A stretch of 64,000 nucleotides of DNA from an uncultured delta proteobacterium (GTDB lineage: Bacteria; Desulfobacterota; Desulfomonilia; UBA1062): contig CAVVYZ010000020.1 in the NCBI GenBank assembly GCA_963752595.1, positions 96,001 to 160,000 of the forward strand. Direction: 5' to 3'. The notes beneath the pieces are model-generated. The model was not told where the DNA came from. It made no database searches and saw only the letters and a list, made by a program, of their open reading frames with translations. How positions within the stretch are numbered: the first letter of the stretch is position 1; each line of letters starts with the position of its first letter. A program made the translations under genes and the position numbers. Below are positions 10,387-20,956 of this stretch, piece by piece.

Positions 10387-13295
10387 TCAGTCGGCCGGAG
10401 GAATTTCTTCGGGGAAGGTCTTCCTGTCCAGGACCTCGCGGACCTTTTCCATGAGATTCCGGGCCGAGAAGGGTTTCTGGATGAAATCCACCCCCTTTTC
10501 GAGGACACCGTGGTGAGCGATCACGTCTTCGGTATAGCCTGACATATAGACTACCTTGAGGTGGGGGTATTGTGCATGGAGAATTCCATAGAGGTCTTTG
10601 CCGTTCATATCCGGCATGATCACGTCGGTGAGCAAAAGGTCGATGTGCCTGCCCTCTGGGAAACTGCATCGAGGCATTCCCCGGCAGCTTCCATATTGAA
10701 AACGGTGTAGCCCGATCTTCTCAGTATCTCCGATGCCAGGTTCATCACCATCTCGTTATCTTCTGCGATGAGGATGGTTTCTTTGCCGTGCATCGTCTGC
10801 GGATCCTTCACCACCTCTTCATCAGGCGGAACCGAGCTCTTTTCACTGGGGAGATAAACCCGGAAGCATGCGCCCTTTCCCTTTTCGCTGTATACATTGA
10901 TAAAGCCGCCGTGCTGCTTGGCAATGCCGTAGACGGTTGCAAGGCCCAGACCCGTTCCCAGGCCCCGGCCCTTGGTGGTGAAAAACGGCTCGAAGATATT
11001 CTCCATGATATGCGCATCCATGCCCATGCCGGTGTCGCACATCTCCAGCAGTACGTAGCGTCCCGGCTTGAAGTCGGACTGTGCGGACGGATACGACTCA
11101 TCGAAGATCACCTCATCGGTCCGTATGGTGAGGATTCCCCCGTCAGGCATGGCATCCTGGGCATTCACGGCAAGGTTCATGAGGATCTGCTCAATCTGGC
11201 CGATATCGGCATTCACATATCCCATGGATGTCCCCAGTCTGATCCTGATCTCGATATCCTCCCTGATGGTCCTCCTCAGGATTTTTTCAAACCCGGATAT
11301 GATCCTGTTGAGGTCTACCAGCTTCATCTCAAGGACCTGCCTTCGGCTGAAGGCAAGCAATTGGTGGGTGAGGTGCTTTGCGCTTTCGGCAGCCTTCTGA
11401 ATGAGGGTGATGCTCCGGTGCCTGGGATCGTCAGGATGGATATCGCTGAGCAGGATATCCGAATAGCCGATGACAGGGGTGAGCAGGTTGTTCAGGTCAT
11501 GGGCAATCCCGCCTGCGAGCCTGCCGATGGACTCCATCTTGAGTGCTTGAATGAGCAATTCCTCTGACTTCTTGCGGTCGGTTATATCCTGGATAACCGC
11601 CACCAGATGGTCAGGGGTCCCGTCGGATGATCGGACGCAGTGCAGGGACACCTCTGTGGATATCAGAGAGCCGTCTTTCCTGATATAACGCTTCTCGGAT
11701 GTGGCATTGCTCTGAGAGCCGGCAATAAAGTCCCGGTAGCGCCGGAGCTCGTCGTTGAGGTCTTCTTCCGGTGTAAGGTCCATCCATGACTTGGCCTTTA
11801 ACTCATCGCAGGTATAACCCAGGATCGAGCATATCTTTTCATTGATCTCGATCCAGTTGCCTTCGGGCGATATGACGGCCACACCGATCAGGGGAAGATT
11901 GAAATATCCCCGGAAGCGTTCTTCACTCTTCCGCAGGGCTTCTTCCGCCTTTTTCCGTTCAGTGACATCGGTGCCGATGCTCAGGACGTCTATGATATTC
12001 CCGTGCTTGTCCCTGATGGCACGGTTCGTCCAGGATAACCACACGCGCTCGCCGTCTTTCTTTATATTTTCATTGGCATTGTTCTGGTACTGCTCGGGGT
12101 TCCCATAAATGCAGGCCGCCATTTCCCTTAGATTACGGCCTGTATCGTCGTTTTCCGGTATGATGGTTCCCACCGCGTCCTTGCCCAGGAGCTCTTCTTC
12201 GGTATATCCGAAAAATCGCAGACCGAATTCGTTCATAAAGGTTATCCTGCCGCCGCGCTCCCACCGCAGAATAATATTGTTGGCATTCTCCAGAAGCTCG
12301 CGGTAGCTCTCCTCGCTCCTGCGAAGGGCTTCCGCGACATGGGTCCTGGCTATCACTCCTCCTATCTGGGCCGCCACGCCTTCGAAAACCTGCCGTGCCA
12401 GCAGCGGCGTCTCGTCCATGCTCCGGGACGCCACCATGATTGCGCCCATCACCTTGCCTTCGAACTTCACCGGGACAATGGCCATGGCTTTAAGGCCGTA
12501 TGATGCAATGATGGGATCGTTCAGATACAGGGTGGATGCAAGCTCCTGGAACGAAGTGTAGAGAGGCCGGCCCTTGGCAACGACCTTCGTGCGGGGATCA
12601 GCGGGACTGAACGAAGAAACCTGATCCACGAATTCCTGCGGCACCCCCGCATGCACCAGGAGCTCGATCGAACCGGCCTGGGATGCCTCCGCAGAATCAT
12701 GCTTCATGATATATACGCCGCCGCAGTCTATGCCATCGATCTGCAGCGCGATCTCCAGCACCTGCTCCATGCCGGTTCTGAGGTCTCTGGCCATGCTCAA
12801 GCGTTTTGCCATCTCATGCTGGATTGCCAGGAGGCGCTCTGCATATTTGCGGCCGGTTATATCGCGGACCACGCTCATGATTGCCTGAGGCTTTCCATCC
12901 GGACCATGAACAAAAGAGGAGTTTACATCGACCCTGATGGTCGAGCGGTCCTTTCGATACAGGGTATATTCGTTGCTGGATGAAAAACCCGTTTCCACTG
13001 CATTGCGGATATTTTCGATCGCCCTGGCTCTGTTCTCCTCATCCAGAAGGTCGGAGAAGTTTTTTACTCTGTCCAGGAATTCCTCAACGGAGGACACGCC
13101 ATAAATATGTGCTGTCCTGATATTGACCGAGATGAAATTCCCATCGAGATCGTACATGACGATGGGGTCGGGAGAAGTCTCGACGAGTCGATAGTAACGT
13201 TCTTCACTCCGCAGAAGGGAATGTACGGCTTCTTTTCGTCCGGGAGTGTCCGTCATCAATCCGAGGATAGCAGGTTTGCCCGCCCAGTCAACCAT
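10387..13295 (-). CDS. PAS/GAF hybrid sensor histidine kinase with receiver domain (frameshift near 10660; N-terminus looks truncated)
   Basis: Three PAS, one [15 protein letters not shown]-box, [13 protein letters not shown], receiver [14 protein letters not shown]. Confidence 0.9.
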
Positions 13296-13504
13296 CTTTG
13301 CACCGATCTCTTTCGCTAAACGTTGCCGTACTGCAAGCCGGGTTGTACTGAAACGTACCCGCTCCTGAAATGAAACGTAATATTGAATAGTTCAAAAGAT
13401 AAAGCAGAGAATGGAAAAGTCAAGGGTCCACCCGGCGGCAGGTTCAAAATACCGGGGAAAGGGGAGGGTAAGGGAGGGGGGTGTTTGGCGGGATACGAAG
13501 GAGT

Positions 13505-14578
13505 TTACCGGGAATCCGGCAAAGACCCCTGTGCAAGGCTGCAGAACCGGGTAATGTGCTGTTCACGGGTTGTGAACGAGGTTACGAGGCGGATAAGAAC
13601 ATCGGCATCATTCAATGCAGAGCCGGCAGGCAAAGCTTCCGGATACCATTCATAGAATTCCGCCCCGGCCTCACGCAAGCGTTGTGCAAGTGCGCGGGGC
13701 ATCACTGCGAACACTTCATTTGCCTGCACAGGCCATACGATATGAACGCTGGTGTTCAATGAAAGCTCCGAGGCCAGACGTTCGGCCTGCCGGTTGGCAT
13801 GCTCGGCCAATTCGAGCCAGTGCCCGTCTTGCAGCCATCCGACAAACTGGGCCCCGAAAAAGCGGCCTTTTGAAAGCAGATGCCCGGAGCGCTTCCTGCG
13901 ATGCATGAAGCCTTCTGCAAGGCCGCGGTTAAAGAAAACGACCGCTTCGGCAGCAAGCGCGCCGCACTTGGTGGCGCCGAGGCACAGCACATCGATGCCC
14001 GCCTTCCACGTCAGCTCTGCCGGAGAGCAGCGCAGCGCGGCAGCGGCATTGGCGAACCGGGCGCCGTCCATATGCACCCGCAATCCCTTCTCGTGTGCAG
14101 CAGCGCTCAGAGCTCCAATTTCCTCAGGCGTGTAGACAAGGCCTGTCTCGCTTGCCTGGGTGATGGTCAGTGCACGGGCGCGGGGGTTGTGCGGGTCATC
14201 CGTGCCGGTTGCCCTGAAATGCTGTGCGAGATGGTCAGCCGTCAGCTTTCCTGCGCCTTTGGAAATGGGGATGAGGCGGGCGCCGCCGGTAAAGAATTCC
14301 GGCGCAGTCGATTCGTCGCTCAGGATATGCGCCCGGTCATGACAGAGCACGGTCTCCCAGGGCTGAACCAGGCAGGATAGGGCAAGTGAGTTTGCAGCCG
14401 TACCGGATGCGACGAAGAAGGCCTCCAGGTCGCACTCGAAGACCTGCCGCAGAAGCTCAACGGCCTTTCCCGTCCAGTCATCGTTGCCATAACCGTGCGT
14501 ATACCCGGTATTCGCCTTCGAGAGCATATCGAGCACCCGCTGCGATGCTCCTGTCTGATTGTCGCTGCCGAATTGCAT
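13505..14578 (-). CDS. Low-specificity L-threonine aldolase family protein
   Basis: MQFGSDN, GTAANSLAL, HMDGARFANA, GATKCG. Confidence 0.9.
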   Translation of the reverse strand: MQFGSDNQTGASQRVLDMLSKANTGYTHGYGNDDWTGKAVELLRQVFECDLEAFFVASGTAANSLALSCLVQPWETVLCHDRAHILSDESTAPEFFTGGARLIPISKGAGKLTADHLAQHFRATGTDDPHNPRARALTITQASETGLVYTPEEIGALSAAAHEKGLRVHMDGARFANAAAALRCSPAELTWKAGIDVLCLGATKCGALAAEAVVFFNRGLAEGFMHRRKRSGHLLSKGRFFGAQFVGWLQDGHWLELAEHANRQAERLASELSLNTSVHIVWPVQANEVFAVMPRALAQRLREAGAEFYEWYPEALPAGSALNDADVLIRLVTSFTTREQHITRFCSLAQGSLPDSR

Positions 14579-14592
14579 GGTAATCTCCTGTC

Positions 14593-15507
14593 TTATTGCC
14601 TGTGAAGGCCGGTCCTGTGCCGGAAGGTCAGCCGCCTGCCCGGCATCAATACACCCGAGCATTCATCAGGTGCGACAAGCTCCCGACTCGGAGCCCGTCT
14701 TTGCGATCCTTGAAGTACCTTGTCATTGATCTCTTCCGGCCCTTTGTCCTCGACATATCCGAAGCCCATGGCGCGCAGATCCCTCGTCAGCAAGCCCAGG
14801 GTCGAAGAATGCTTTCCACGGCTCCCCGGCCGACGCTACCCGCTGCGCAAGCGCATCGAAGCGCGACCGCTGGGCAGGGGTCAATAACGATGGGGAGATC
14901 ATATAGTCGAAGACGACTCCGCTTCCCACCGGCGCCGATGCGATGAACCGCAATGTTGCCATCACTGCCTCGGTCGTCAAGTATTCCGTCACGCCGAGCC
15001 ATGAAAAGAACGTGCATTTGCCCGGATCGTAGCCTGCACCGCGCAGCCCCTCTTCGAGTGTCTGCGTTTCAAAGTCAACGGGTGCAAACGTGAGATCAGC
15101 CGGGAGTGCGATACCGACCTCCTCCAGGCGCGCCCGCTTCCATGCCTGTGTCGCAGGGTGGTCGACTTCGAACACCTGCAGCACGCCCTCGGGATAGCGG
15201 GTTTCGGTAGGCGAACGTGTCAAGCCCTGCGCCCAAGATAACATACTGGCTTACGCCGCGTTGAACGCCGAGGGCGAGTTCGTCCTCGGCGTATCGGCTG
15301 CGTGCGGCCACAAAAGCTCGCAAGTAAGGCGACAGCGGCGTGGCCTCGAATTGATGAGGATCGGTCAGCAATGCCGAAAGCACTCTCTTTGCCGATGATG
15401 CGAAGTGCGACAGGGTCATCGAAAACCTTCGGATCATCCAGGAGTTGATGTGCCGCGCGCCGCATCGCAACGCGCTGTGCCGTTATACTCGGTCGGTTTT
15501 CTTTCAT
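14593..15507 (-). CDS. SAM-dependent methyltransferase (TIGR00027/LCM-like), split by several frameshifts
   Basis: PSITAQRVAMRRAAHQLLD, QYVILGAGLDTFAYR, VFEVDHPATQAWKR, FFSWLGVT across frames. Confidence 0.8.
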
Positions 15508-15709
15508 GAATGCCGCCTTTTTTAAAACAAGACTCAAGTCATACGACGGGCTGTTCTGTCCTGCTGTTTATTTCATGGGGATTATTTCTTTACTGCTAAT
15601 ACTTTTAATCTATGACCTTTTAATGTTCGCGCAACAAAGAAATCCAACACTTTTTCGATGAATTTGATCTCTTTATCGAGTAATCTCCCCCGATATGAAG
15701 AAGGCTTCT

Positions 15710-16057
15710 TTACCCTATATCAAGAATTCTCCCATTTACGTTGTATGGGAGATACAGAGCTGCTTCTTTCAGAAGTCTTTTTCTTCGGGAACCTGTATAG
15801 TCAAGAAGAGCCTCCTTATCAAGGTCGCCGGAAGAAGCAGCCAAATTATCATAAAAAGTTTCCTGATGCTCCAGAGGATCTTTCAGCCGTGGGTTTACAT
15901 AAACAAGACCGCAGGTGCGGCATTGTACATGCGTGAACCCATCCTTCTCAAACAAAACACCAGGTGTGTCTGAACCGCAGAGATCGCAGGGGACATACGT
16001 CAGATCTCGCTCCAGATCAATGAAACCGTTGTTTATCATAGAGAATGCCCTTTTCAA
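15710..16057 (-). pseudogene. Truncated Zn-ribbon class I methyltransferase fragment
   Basis: CDLC...CRTCGLVYVNPR, then stops at RILDIG (start of SAM motif I). Confidence 0.7.
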
Positions 16058-16206
16058 GAAGCTACATAAAATATACGAAAAAATATACTAAAGAATATCT
16101 GCTTCCGAGTAAACTTCAGCGGGACATGGATAAATATGATTCATTTATTTATTAAACGATGACAGTTCATGTATTGGACGTTCTCCTGCTTCTACCTCTG
16201 ATATCA

Positions 16207-16401
16207 TTAACTCGTACGAACAAACAGATAAGGACCTTTCCATCCTGTGCGTTTTTTCTGCTGCGCTATCGCCTCGTTTATATTTTCAACCGCATTGATA
16301 CATGTTTCGAGTGTATATTCATCATTTTTATATGCAATGTTCAGCTGCAGATCGAAAGGCGCGCTGCCATTAGATTCAATGGCGTTTGCCGTTATTCTCA
16401 C
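16207..16401 (-). CDS. Small hypothetical protein or fragment
   Basis: 64-aa ORF immediately downstream of the flavin reductase gene. Confidence 0.3.
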   Translation of the reverse strand: MRITANAIESNGSAPFDLQLNIAYKNDEYTLETCINAVENINEAIAQQKKRTGWKGPYLFVRTS

Positions 16402-16405
16402 TTCG

Positions 16406-16939
16406 CTACTTCATCTTTGACCTCAGCTTGATCTTTTCGCCGGCAACCATGAAGTTGCCTCTTCCGAGATGATGAATCGTGCGCGGGTTTTTCACTTTGG
16501 GGTCGATCCATGCCTTGATGACTTCAACGACAAACAAACAATACCCGGTAACCATCTTTGTATCTACCACCCGGCACTCGAGATTTGCAAAGCACTCTTC
16601 GATGAGAGGAGCGCCGACTTGCTCAGCGGGCTTGGGCGTGAGGCAAAACGTCTCGAACTTGTCTATGTCCGCACCCGACGAATTGCCGCAACCCACGACC
16701 TTTTCCGCTATATCCACTGTGGGAATGTTAATAACACATTCCTTTGTTGCCTTTAACATGCCGAAGGAATGGTTGCGACTGCTGATGACGCAACCCACGA
16801 GCGGCGGCTCAAACTCGATCATCGTGTGCCACGACATAGTCATGATGTTTGGGTGCCCGCCACGGGCGGTTGTGACCATGACGACCGGCCCCGGCTCGAG
16901 CAGGCTATAGACCTTGGACAGAGGAAAGGATTTTCTCAT
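16406..16939 (-). CDS. Flavin reductase family protein
   Basis: LLEPGPVVMVTT, NIMTMSWH, ECVINIP, APLIEECFANLEC. Confidence 0.9.
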   Translation of the reverse strand: MRKSFPLSKVYSLLEPGPVVMVTTARGGHPNIMTMSWHTMIEFEPPLVGCVISSRNHSFGMLKATKECVINIPTVDIAEKVVGCGNSSGADIDKFETFCLTPKPAEQVGAPLIEECFANLECRVVDTKMVTGYCLFVVEVIKAWIDPKVKNPRTIHHLGRGNFMVAGEKIKLRSKMK

Positions 16940-17109
16940 CGTTTCTCCAACTTCCGGTTGATGGTTGAAGCCAGGGTATCGTCCATCATTTTGTTTATGT
17001 GTGATGGTCACTTGAGATTAGAGGAATTTTTTGTGCTTTGCCGATATAAAAATTCCCTCAGATGATTCCGCGCAGCTTGGCTTAAGGGGCACTTCATTAC
17101 TCCAAGGTC

Positions 17110-17622
17110 TCATCTCCGATCTTTCTGATCCCGTAATTTATGCTCGAATCGCTGTTCATTGACCTCGGTTCCCCACCGGGTGCCTCTATGCTCTTCAACG
17201 AGGTTGAAACCCTTCTTCTCGTAGAGATGTTTTGCGGCGTTGAGCCCCTCGAATGTCCATAGATAAAGTTTCCTGTAGCCTTTATTCTCACAAAAGCTGA
17301 TCGCGGTAGCGATGAGGCGGTTACCGGCTCCTTTTCCCCGCAGGGCATCCGATATAATGAACCACCGAAGGTGTGCACCCTCGCTTTCTGCATGAATGCC
17401 GTCAATCGCGATAGAGCCTTCGACACGGCCGTCTGCCAGGGCAGTCCAAAAACCGTCACGGCCCTCGTCGTATCGCTTGAGAAATTCGGAAAGCTCGGTC
17501 GCTACCTTGGCTTCAAAGAAGAGCCCGAATCCCCAATGATTACGGTAATAGGTCCCATGAAGTTCAGCAACCCGCCCAATCGAGCCGGGAACATAGCCTT
17601 TGGCTATCTTGATTTCTGGCAT
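17110..17622 (-). CDS. GNAT N-acetyltransferase
   Basis: AHLRWF, LRGKGAGNRL, LWTFEGLNAAKHLYEKKGF. Confidence 0.9.
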   Translation of the reverse strand: MPEIKIAKGYVPGSIGRVAELHGTYYRNHWGFGLFFEAKVATELSEFLKRYDEGRDGFWTALADGRVEGSIAIDGIHAESEGAHLRWFIISDALRGKGAGNRLIATAISFCENKGYRKLYLWTFEGLNAAKHLYEKKGFNLVEEHRGTRWGTEVNEQRFEHKLRDQKDRR

Positions 17623-17639
17623 GAGGACCTCCGCCTCGT

Positions 17640-17761
17640 TTAGTGAACTGAAGCATCTGCTCATGCGTGCGCATCTCTCTGAGAAAACGCAAACGCTTCA
17701 CTATCCCATTATTGAGATCGAGGAGCTCTGCTTCGCTTAGTTTGCTGATATCAATCTTCAT
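17640..17761 (-). pseudogene. N-terminal fragment of a small cassette-type hypothetical protein
   Basis: MKIDISKLSEAELLDLNNGIVKRLRFLREMRTHEQMLQF runs straight into the GNAT RBS region. Confidence 0.55.
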
Positions 17762-17847
17762 TGCGTCACCTACCTTCTCAATACTCTTGGTCAATGCATG
17801 GACATGTTGCTGCTTTAGACGCCATATCAACAAGTGGGTTCGCTGGT

Positions 17848-18340
17848 CTAAACTAACTTTGGAATATTGACCGATATAGGTGTTGATGTCGCCAAATCAA
17901 CTCCTTTTGCATCAAGTCGTGCCTCGACCTTCCATTTGAGGTCGGTGTGTCTGTTGCTGAGGAGACTTAAAGCTGCAGTAAGCATCCGGCCAAGTGTCGA
18001 ACTCATGAACTCCGGTGCGCCTGTGTTCGGTGCAGCAAGTTCGAACTCATATTTTGCTGTATGTCCGGCCTTGCATGCCTTTGCTTCCTCAATAACGAGT
18101 TTATCCCTGTAGATTTCCTGAGAACGTGTTCGCGTTTTTTCCGTCTTTGTAGATCTCGGTAGTCTGCACTCCAATCAGACTTACAGTCAGTTTGTTTCCT
18201 TGAATGGGCTTTTTAGCATGAAGATCGAAACTGCCTGTTATGGTGTCTCCCGGATTAAATGCTGTGCGAGACAGAAACAGTTTGATCGATCCCCGCATCA
18301 AGCGAGCAACGTAGTACGCAATAACGGCTACGATTCCGCC
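17848..18340 (-). pseudogene. 5'-truncated, frameshifted Ig-like (arrestin/SpoOM-like) hypothetical protein
   Basis: AFNPGDTITGSFDLHAKKPIQGNKLTVSLIG...WKVEARLDAKGVDL across two frames; start replaced by an attC remnant. Confidence 0.55.
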
Positions 18341-18364
18341 ACCCACTGGATTTGTTTGTTCGAA
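18341..18364 (-). repeat. Half attC remnant (R'' side only)
   Basis: + strand CCACTGGATTTGTTTGTTCGAA; GTTCGAA complements this cassette's start TTCGAAC at 18958. Confidence 0.6.
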
Positions 18365-18368
18365 GCCT

Positions 18369-18665
18369 TTAGGCTCTCCTCTTCCAAATCCGGGGGCTAC
18401 GCTTGACATGAAATACGGAAAGAACCACAACCTTATCATCTTCGATGATGAAGAAAACTGAATAGGGAAATCTTCTGGTGAGTGCCCGACGAACATTTCT
18501 ATGTATTACTGGATAAATTAGGTGATTTCTGAGAATTGAATTGAAGAGAGCATCGAGGACAAGCAAGAGCTCAGAACCAAGACCACGAACACGAGTCTCA
18601 CACCAATCAAAGGCGTCTGCAATATCTGCTTCAGCCTCTGGACGGATGATCAGTCCAAGACTCAT
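18369..18665 (-). CDS. RelE/ParE-family toxin (cassette)
   Basis: IRPEAEADIADAFDW...RRFPYSVFF...VFHVKRSP. Confidence 0.9.
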   Translation of the reverse strand: MSLGLIIRPEAEADIADAFDWCETRVRGLGSELLLVLDALFNSILRNHLIYPVIHRNVRRALTRRFPYSVFFIIEDDKVVVLSVFHVKRSPRIWKRRA

Positions 18666-18883
18666 GCACGACTCTTAATGCGCTCTCGAACCATTAACCA
18701 CGGTGACCCTGCATTTGGATTGTTATGATATGCATCGAGCCGGCGATCTATTTCTGCCTTTTCTTCTTCTGTAAGCGACACTGATTCGGGGACCTGAGCA
18801 ATACTATCCCAAATATCCTGAACCAGCTGAATCCGCTCAGAAACGCTGAGGTCTAGAATGTCCTTCTTTGCAAATGATCCCAT
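18662..18883 (-). CDS. Addiction-module antitoxin component (cassette)
   Basis: LSVSERIQLVQDIWDSI...EIDRRLDAY...GSPW; overlaps toxin start. Confidence 0.9.
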   Translation of the reverse strand: MGSFAKKDILDLSVSERIQLVQDIWDSIAQVPESVSLTEEEKAEIDRRLDAYHNNPNAGSPWLMVRERIKSRA

Positions 18884-18957
18884 CTTTCCTCCATTAAAAC
18901 TTATTATAATCCATATTCAATTATCTTTCTATCAACTTCGTCCAATAAGGAGTAGGC

Positions 18958-19019
18958 TTCGAACGACAAAGCTCACCAGCGCGGCTCTGTCTCGCGTCCG
19001 GTGGAGCGCTTCGTTAGGC
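18958..19019 (-). repeat. attC site
   Basis: + strand TTCGAAC...imperfect palindrome...GTTAGGC, 62 bp. Confidence 0.9.
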
Positions 19020-19283
19020 CCTTTTCTTCTCCACTAAGTATCCGGATACGTATTTGTGGACTATACTGGATATCAAAGTCTGGTAGGGTACACCTTCTTG
19101 AGCAGCAATTACTTGAACCCGATCTAAATCCTCTGATGACATTCGGATATTTATTCTCTTGTCTTTTTTAATCGTATTCCGTGCATACTCACTAAGTTTC
19201 TTAATCTCCTTTTGGGGATTCTTTACGGGTTTCCATTCATCCTGGTCATATGAATCTAAAAGTTTCTTTTCTTCGGTATTAAG
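19014..19283 (-). pseudogene. Start-less CopG/BrnA-like antitoxin remnant
   Basis: Manual translation LNTEEKKLLDSYDQDEWK...KDKRINIRMSSEDL...EGVPYQTLISSIVHKYVSG...*; no start codon. Confidence 0.75.
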
Positions 19284-19835
19284 TCACTTAAAAAAGTATG
19301 AAAAATTCAATCCAATTGTTTTAAAATCACTTTGTCGCCCACGGCTTGAGAAGTTGTATGTATAATTCGCTGTAAATCGCACCTCTTTATTTACCCAGAG
19401 ATGAACCCCGATTTCGGGATAGAATGTAGCCATCCAATCGTTTACTACCGTTCTATTTTCCCCAGATTCATCAACTAACCCATCACCGTCGTTGTCTATA
19501 TTATCTTCATCAGCCTTCTCTTCTGTTTCTGAATAACCATAAAATAATCCCATTCCTGCATATGGGGAAATGCGGTATGGAGTTGTTGCCCTAATCGCTA
19601 ACTTATAACCGCTGAGTACCTCTTCAACGTGTTGATGACCCAATAACATCATGCTTCCATAGAGCGAGAAAATATCACCATTATAAGCCTCTGCTCCTAC
19701 TTCTAAGCCTAACGCACGAGGATTCCTTGAGAGATCAGATGCTATAAACAGACATAATTTCTCAATCTCTGATCCCCATATAGGTGAATTGATAAGCAAG
19801 AAAACAAGAGTCGTTATCAACATAGATAATTTCAA
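19284..19835 (-). CDS. Secreted or outer-membrane beta-barrel-like protein (cassette)
   Basis: Signal peptide, amphipathic strands, C-terminal aromatic residues, acidic DNDGDGLVDE loop. Confidence 0.65.
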   Translation of the reverse strand: MKLSMLITTLVFLLINSPIWGSEIEKLCLFIASDLSRNPRALGLEVGAEAYNGDIFSLYGSMMLLGHQHVEEVLSGYKLAIRATTPYRISPYAGMGLFYGYSETEEKADEDNIDNDGDGLVDESGENRTVVNDWMATFYPEIGVHLWVNKEVRFTANYTYNFSSRGRQSDFKTIGLNFSYFFK

Positions 19836-19843
19836 AAAATACC

Positions 19844-19908
19844 TCCTAACGTGCGGGCATCAGCGGGGCGGGCGGCAGCCCGCGTCCGCCTGGATGCTAT
19901 AGTTATGT
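19844..19908 (-). repeat. attC site
   Basis: TCCTAAC...GTTATGT, 65 bp. Confidence 0.92.
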
Positions 19909-20406
19909 CTTTTTCTTAAAGGCTCTTTGTGTAGTGTGCTTAAGGCATTCACCCAAAACACCGGCCTCGTTGACAAAAGGTTTACGGAACCATTCCCATA
20001 TGGAGAATCGTATTTCGGTAACCAATCTATATTCACATTCAGTAATTATACCACTATCGTTAATGGTGAATGAATAAGAATAAGGCCCCAGTGTGCTGGA
20101 TGGTAGTAGCCCTAGGGTAAAAACAGAAAGAAGTAACGGCATGCCACATGAATATGGACCACCTATAGGGTTCAGTTTTAAATTCGGCGCATTAGGATTA
20201 TCTACAATTCTAAACTTTCCGGATTTTAAAAGTATTTTATACTCCTTTGGATATTGTTTAGCGTTAACAACGAAGACTTCATAATTATTTAGATCAAACC
20301 ATATGGTTTGCTTTGTATATTGGTGAGGATCTTGGTCAATATATTTAAGCGTGCTTGTGCAGCCCGAGATGAAAAAAATCAAGCCTGCAAGTAGATATGG
20401 TTTCAT
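19903..20406 (-). CDS. Putative lipoprotein (cassette)
   Basis: MKPYLLAGLIFFISGC lipobox; stop codon overlaps attC R''. Confidence 0.75.
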   Translation of the reverse strand: MKPYLLAGLIFFISGCTSTLKYIDQDPHQYTKQTIWFDLNNYEVFVVNAKQYPKEYKILLKSGKFRIVDNPNAPNLKLNPIGGPYSCGMPLLLSVFTLGLLPSSTLGPYSYSFTINDSGIITECEYRLVTEIRFSIWEWFRKPFVNEAGVLGECLKHTTQRAFKKKT

Positions 20407-20422
20407 AAGTTCTCCACATGGG

Positions 20423-20549
20423 ACATAATGGTTTGGCTCAGCGGCAGCGGCGAGGCACACAAGACTCCTTTGCCATTATCACTCACTTCTTGCAAGCCGA
20501 CGCTTCCCCTCGGCAGCGGAGCCACTGTCCGCTGGAGCCAGTGTTAGGC
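20423..20549 (-). repeat. Long attC site with mutated crossover (ATT instead of GTT)
   Basis: ACATAAT...TGGCTCAGCGG...CCGCTGGAGCCA...GTTAGGC, 127 bp. Confidence 0.8.
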
Positions 20550-20627
20550 GCACCGCTTATTATTTTGATTGTTTCCGAAGAAACCCATCTTTTTGCAGCA
20601 AAATGGGCTTTACCGGTAAGGCAAGAC

Positions 20628-20825
20628 TCAATCTCGAAGAAGTGCATTTACTAGAAGCCCGAAAGCCAAAGCAGACGCCCCAAGACAAAGACCTGCGCCA
20701 ATCCATTGGGCGTTGAAGAGTGCAAACACAGCGGCTAGCAATCCTGCAAACCCGGTAATCAATACAGCAATTACCACGATCCCAAGAAGGGTTTCAGACC
20801 GGTTAGATTTCTTTTCCATTTTCAA
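20628..20825 (-). CDS. Small two-TM membrane protein (cassette)
   Basis: 65-aa hydrophobic ORF between two attC sites. Confidence 0.65.
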   Translation of the reverse strand: MKMEKKSNRSETLLGIVVIAVLITGFAGLLAAVFALFNAQWIGAGLCLGASALAFGLLVNALLRD

Positions 20826-20875
20826 CTCCTTACCTTATCAAGCCGTGATTTTCAAGTGTCTTTCCAAGAGAGGTG

Positions 20876-20956
20876 CACCAACGTTTGAGCTAACCGGCAT
20901 GCAAAAGCAGAGCGTAGCGGCGCTTTTGCATGTCCGTGTTGAGCTATTTGTTAAGC
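20876..20956 (-). repeat. attC site
   Basis: CACCAAC...CATGCAAAAGC/GCTTTTGCATG...GTTAAGC, 81 bp. Confidence 0.88.

Noticed and set aside
13454-13481. G-run cluster with G-quadruplex potential
   Set aside because: Single intergenic occurrence with no supporting context.
19284-19286. Selenocysteine recoding of the in-frame UGA
   Set aside because: No SECIS-like hairpin is evident downstream, and the UGA falls at a natural barrel C-terminus.
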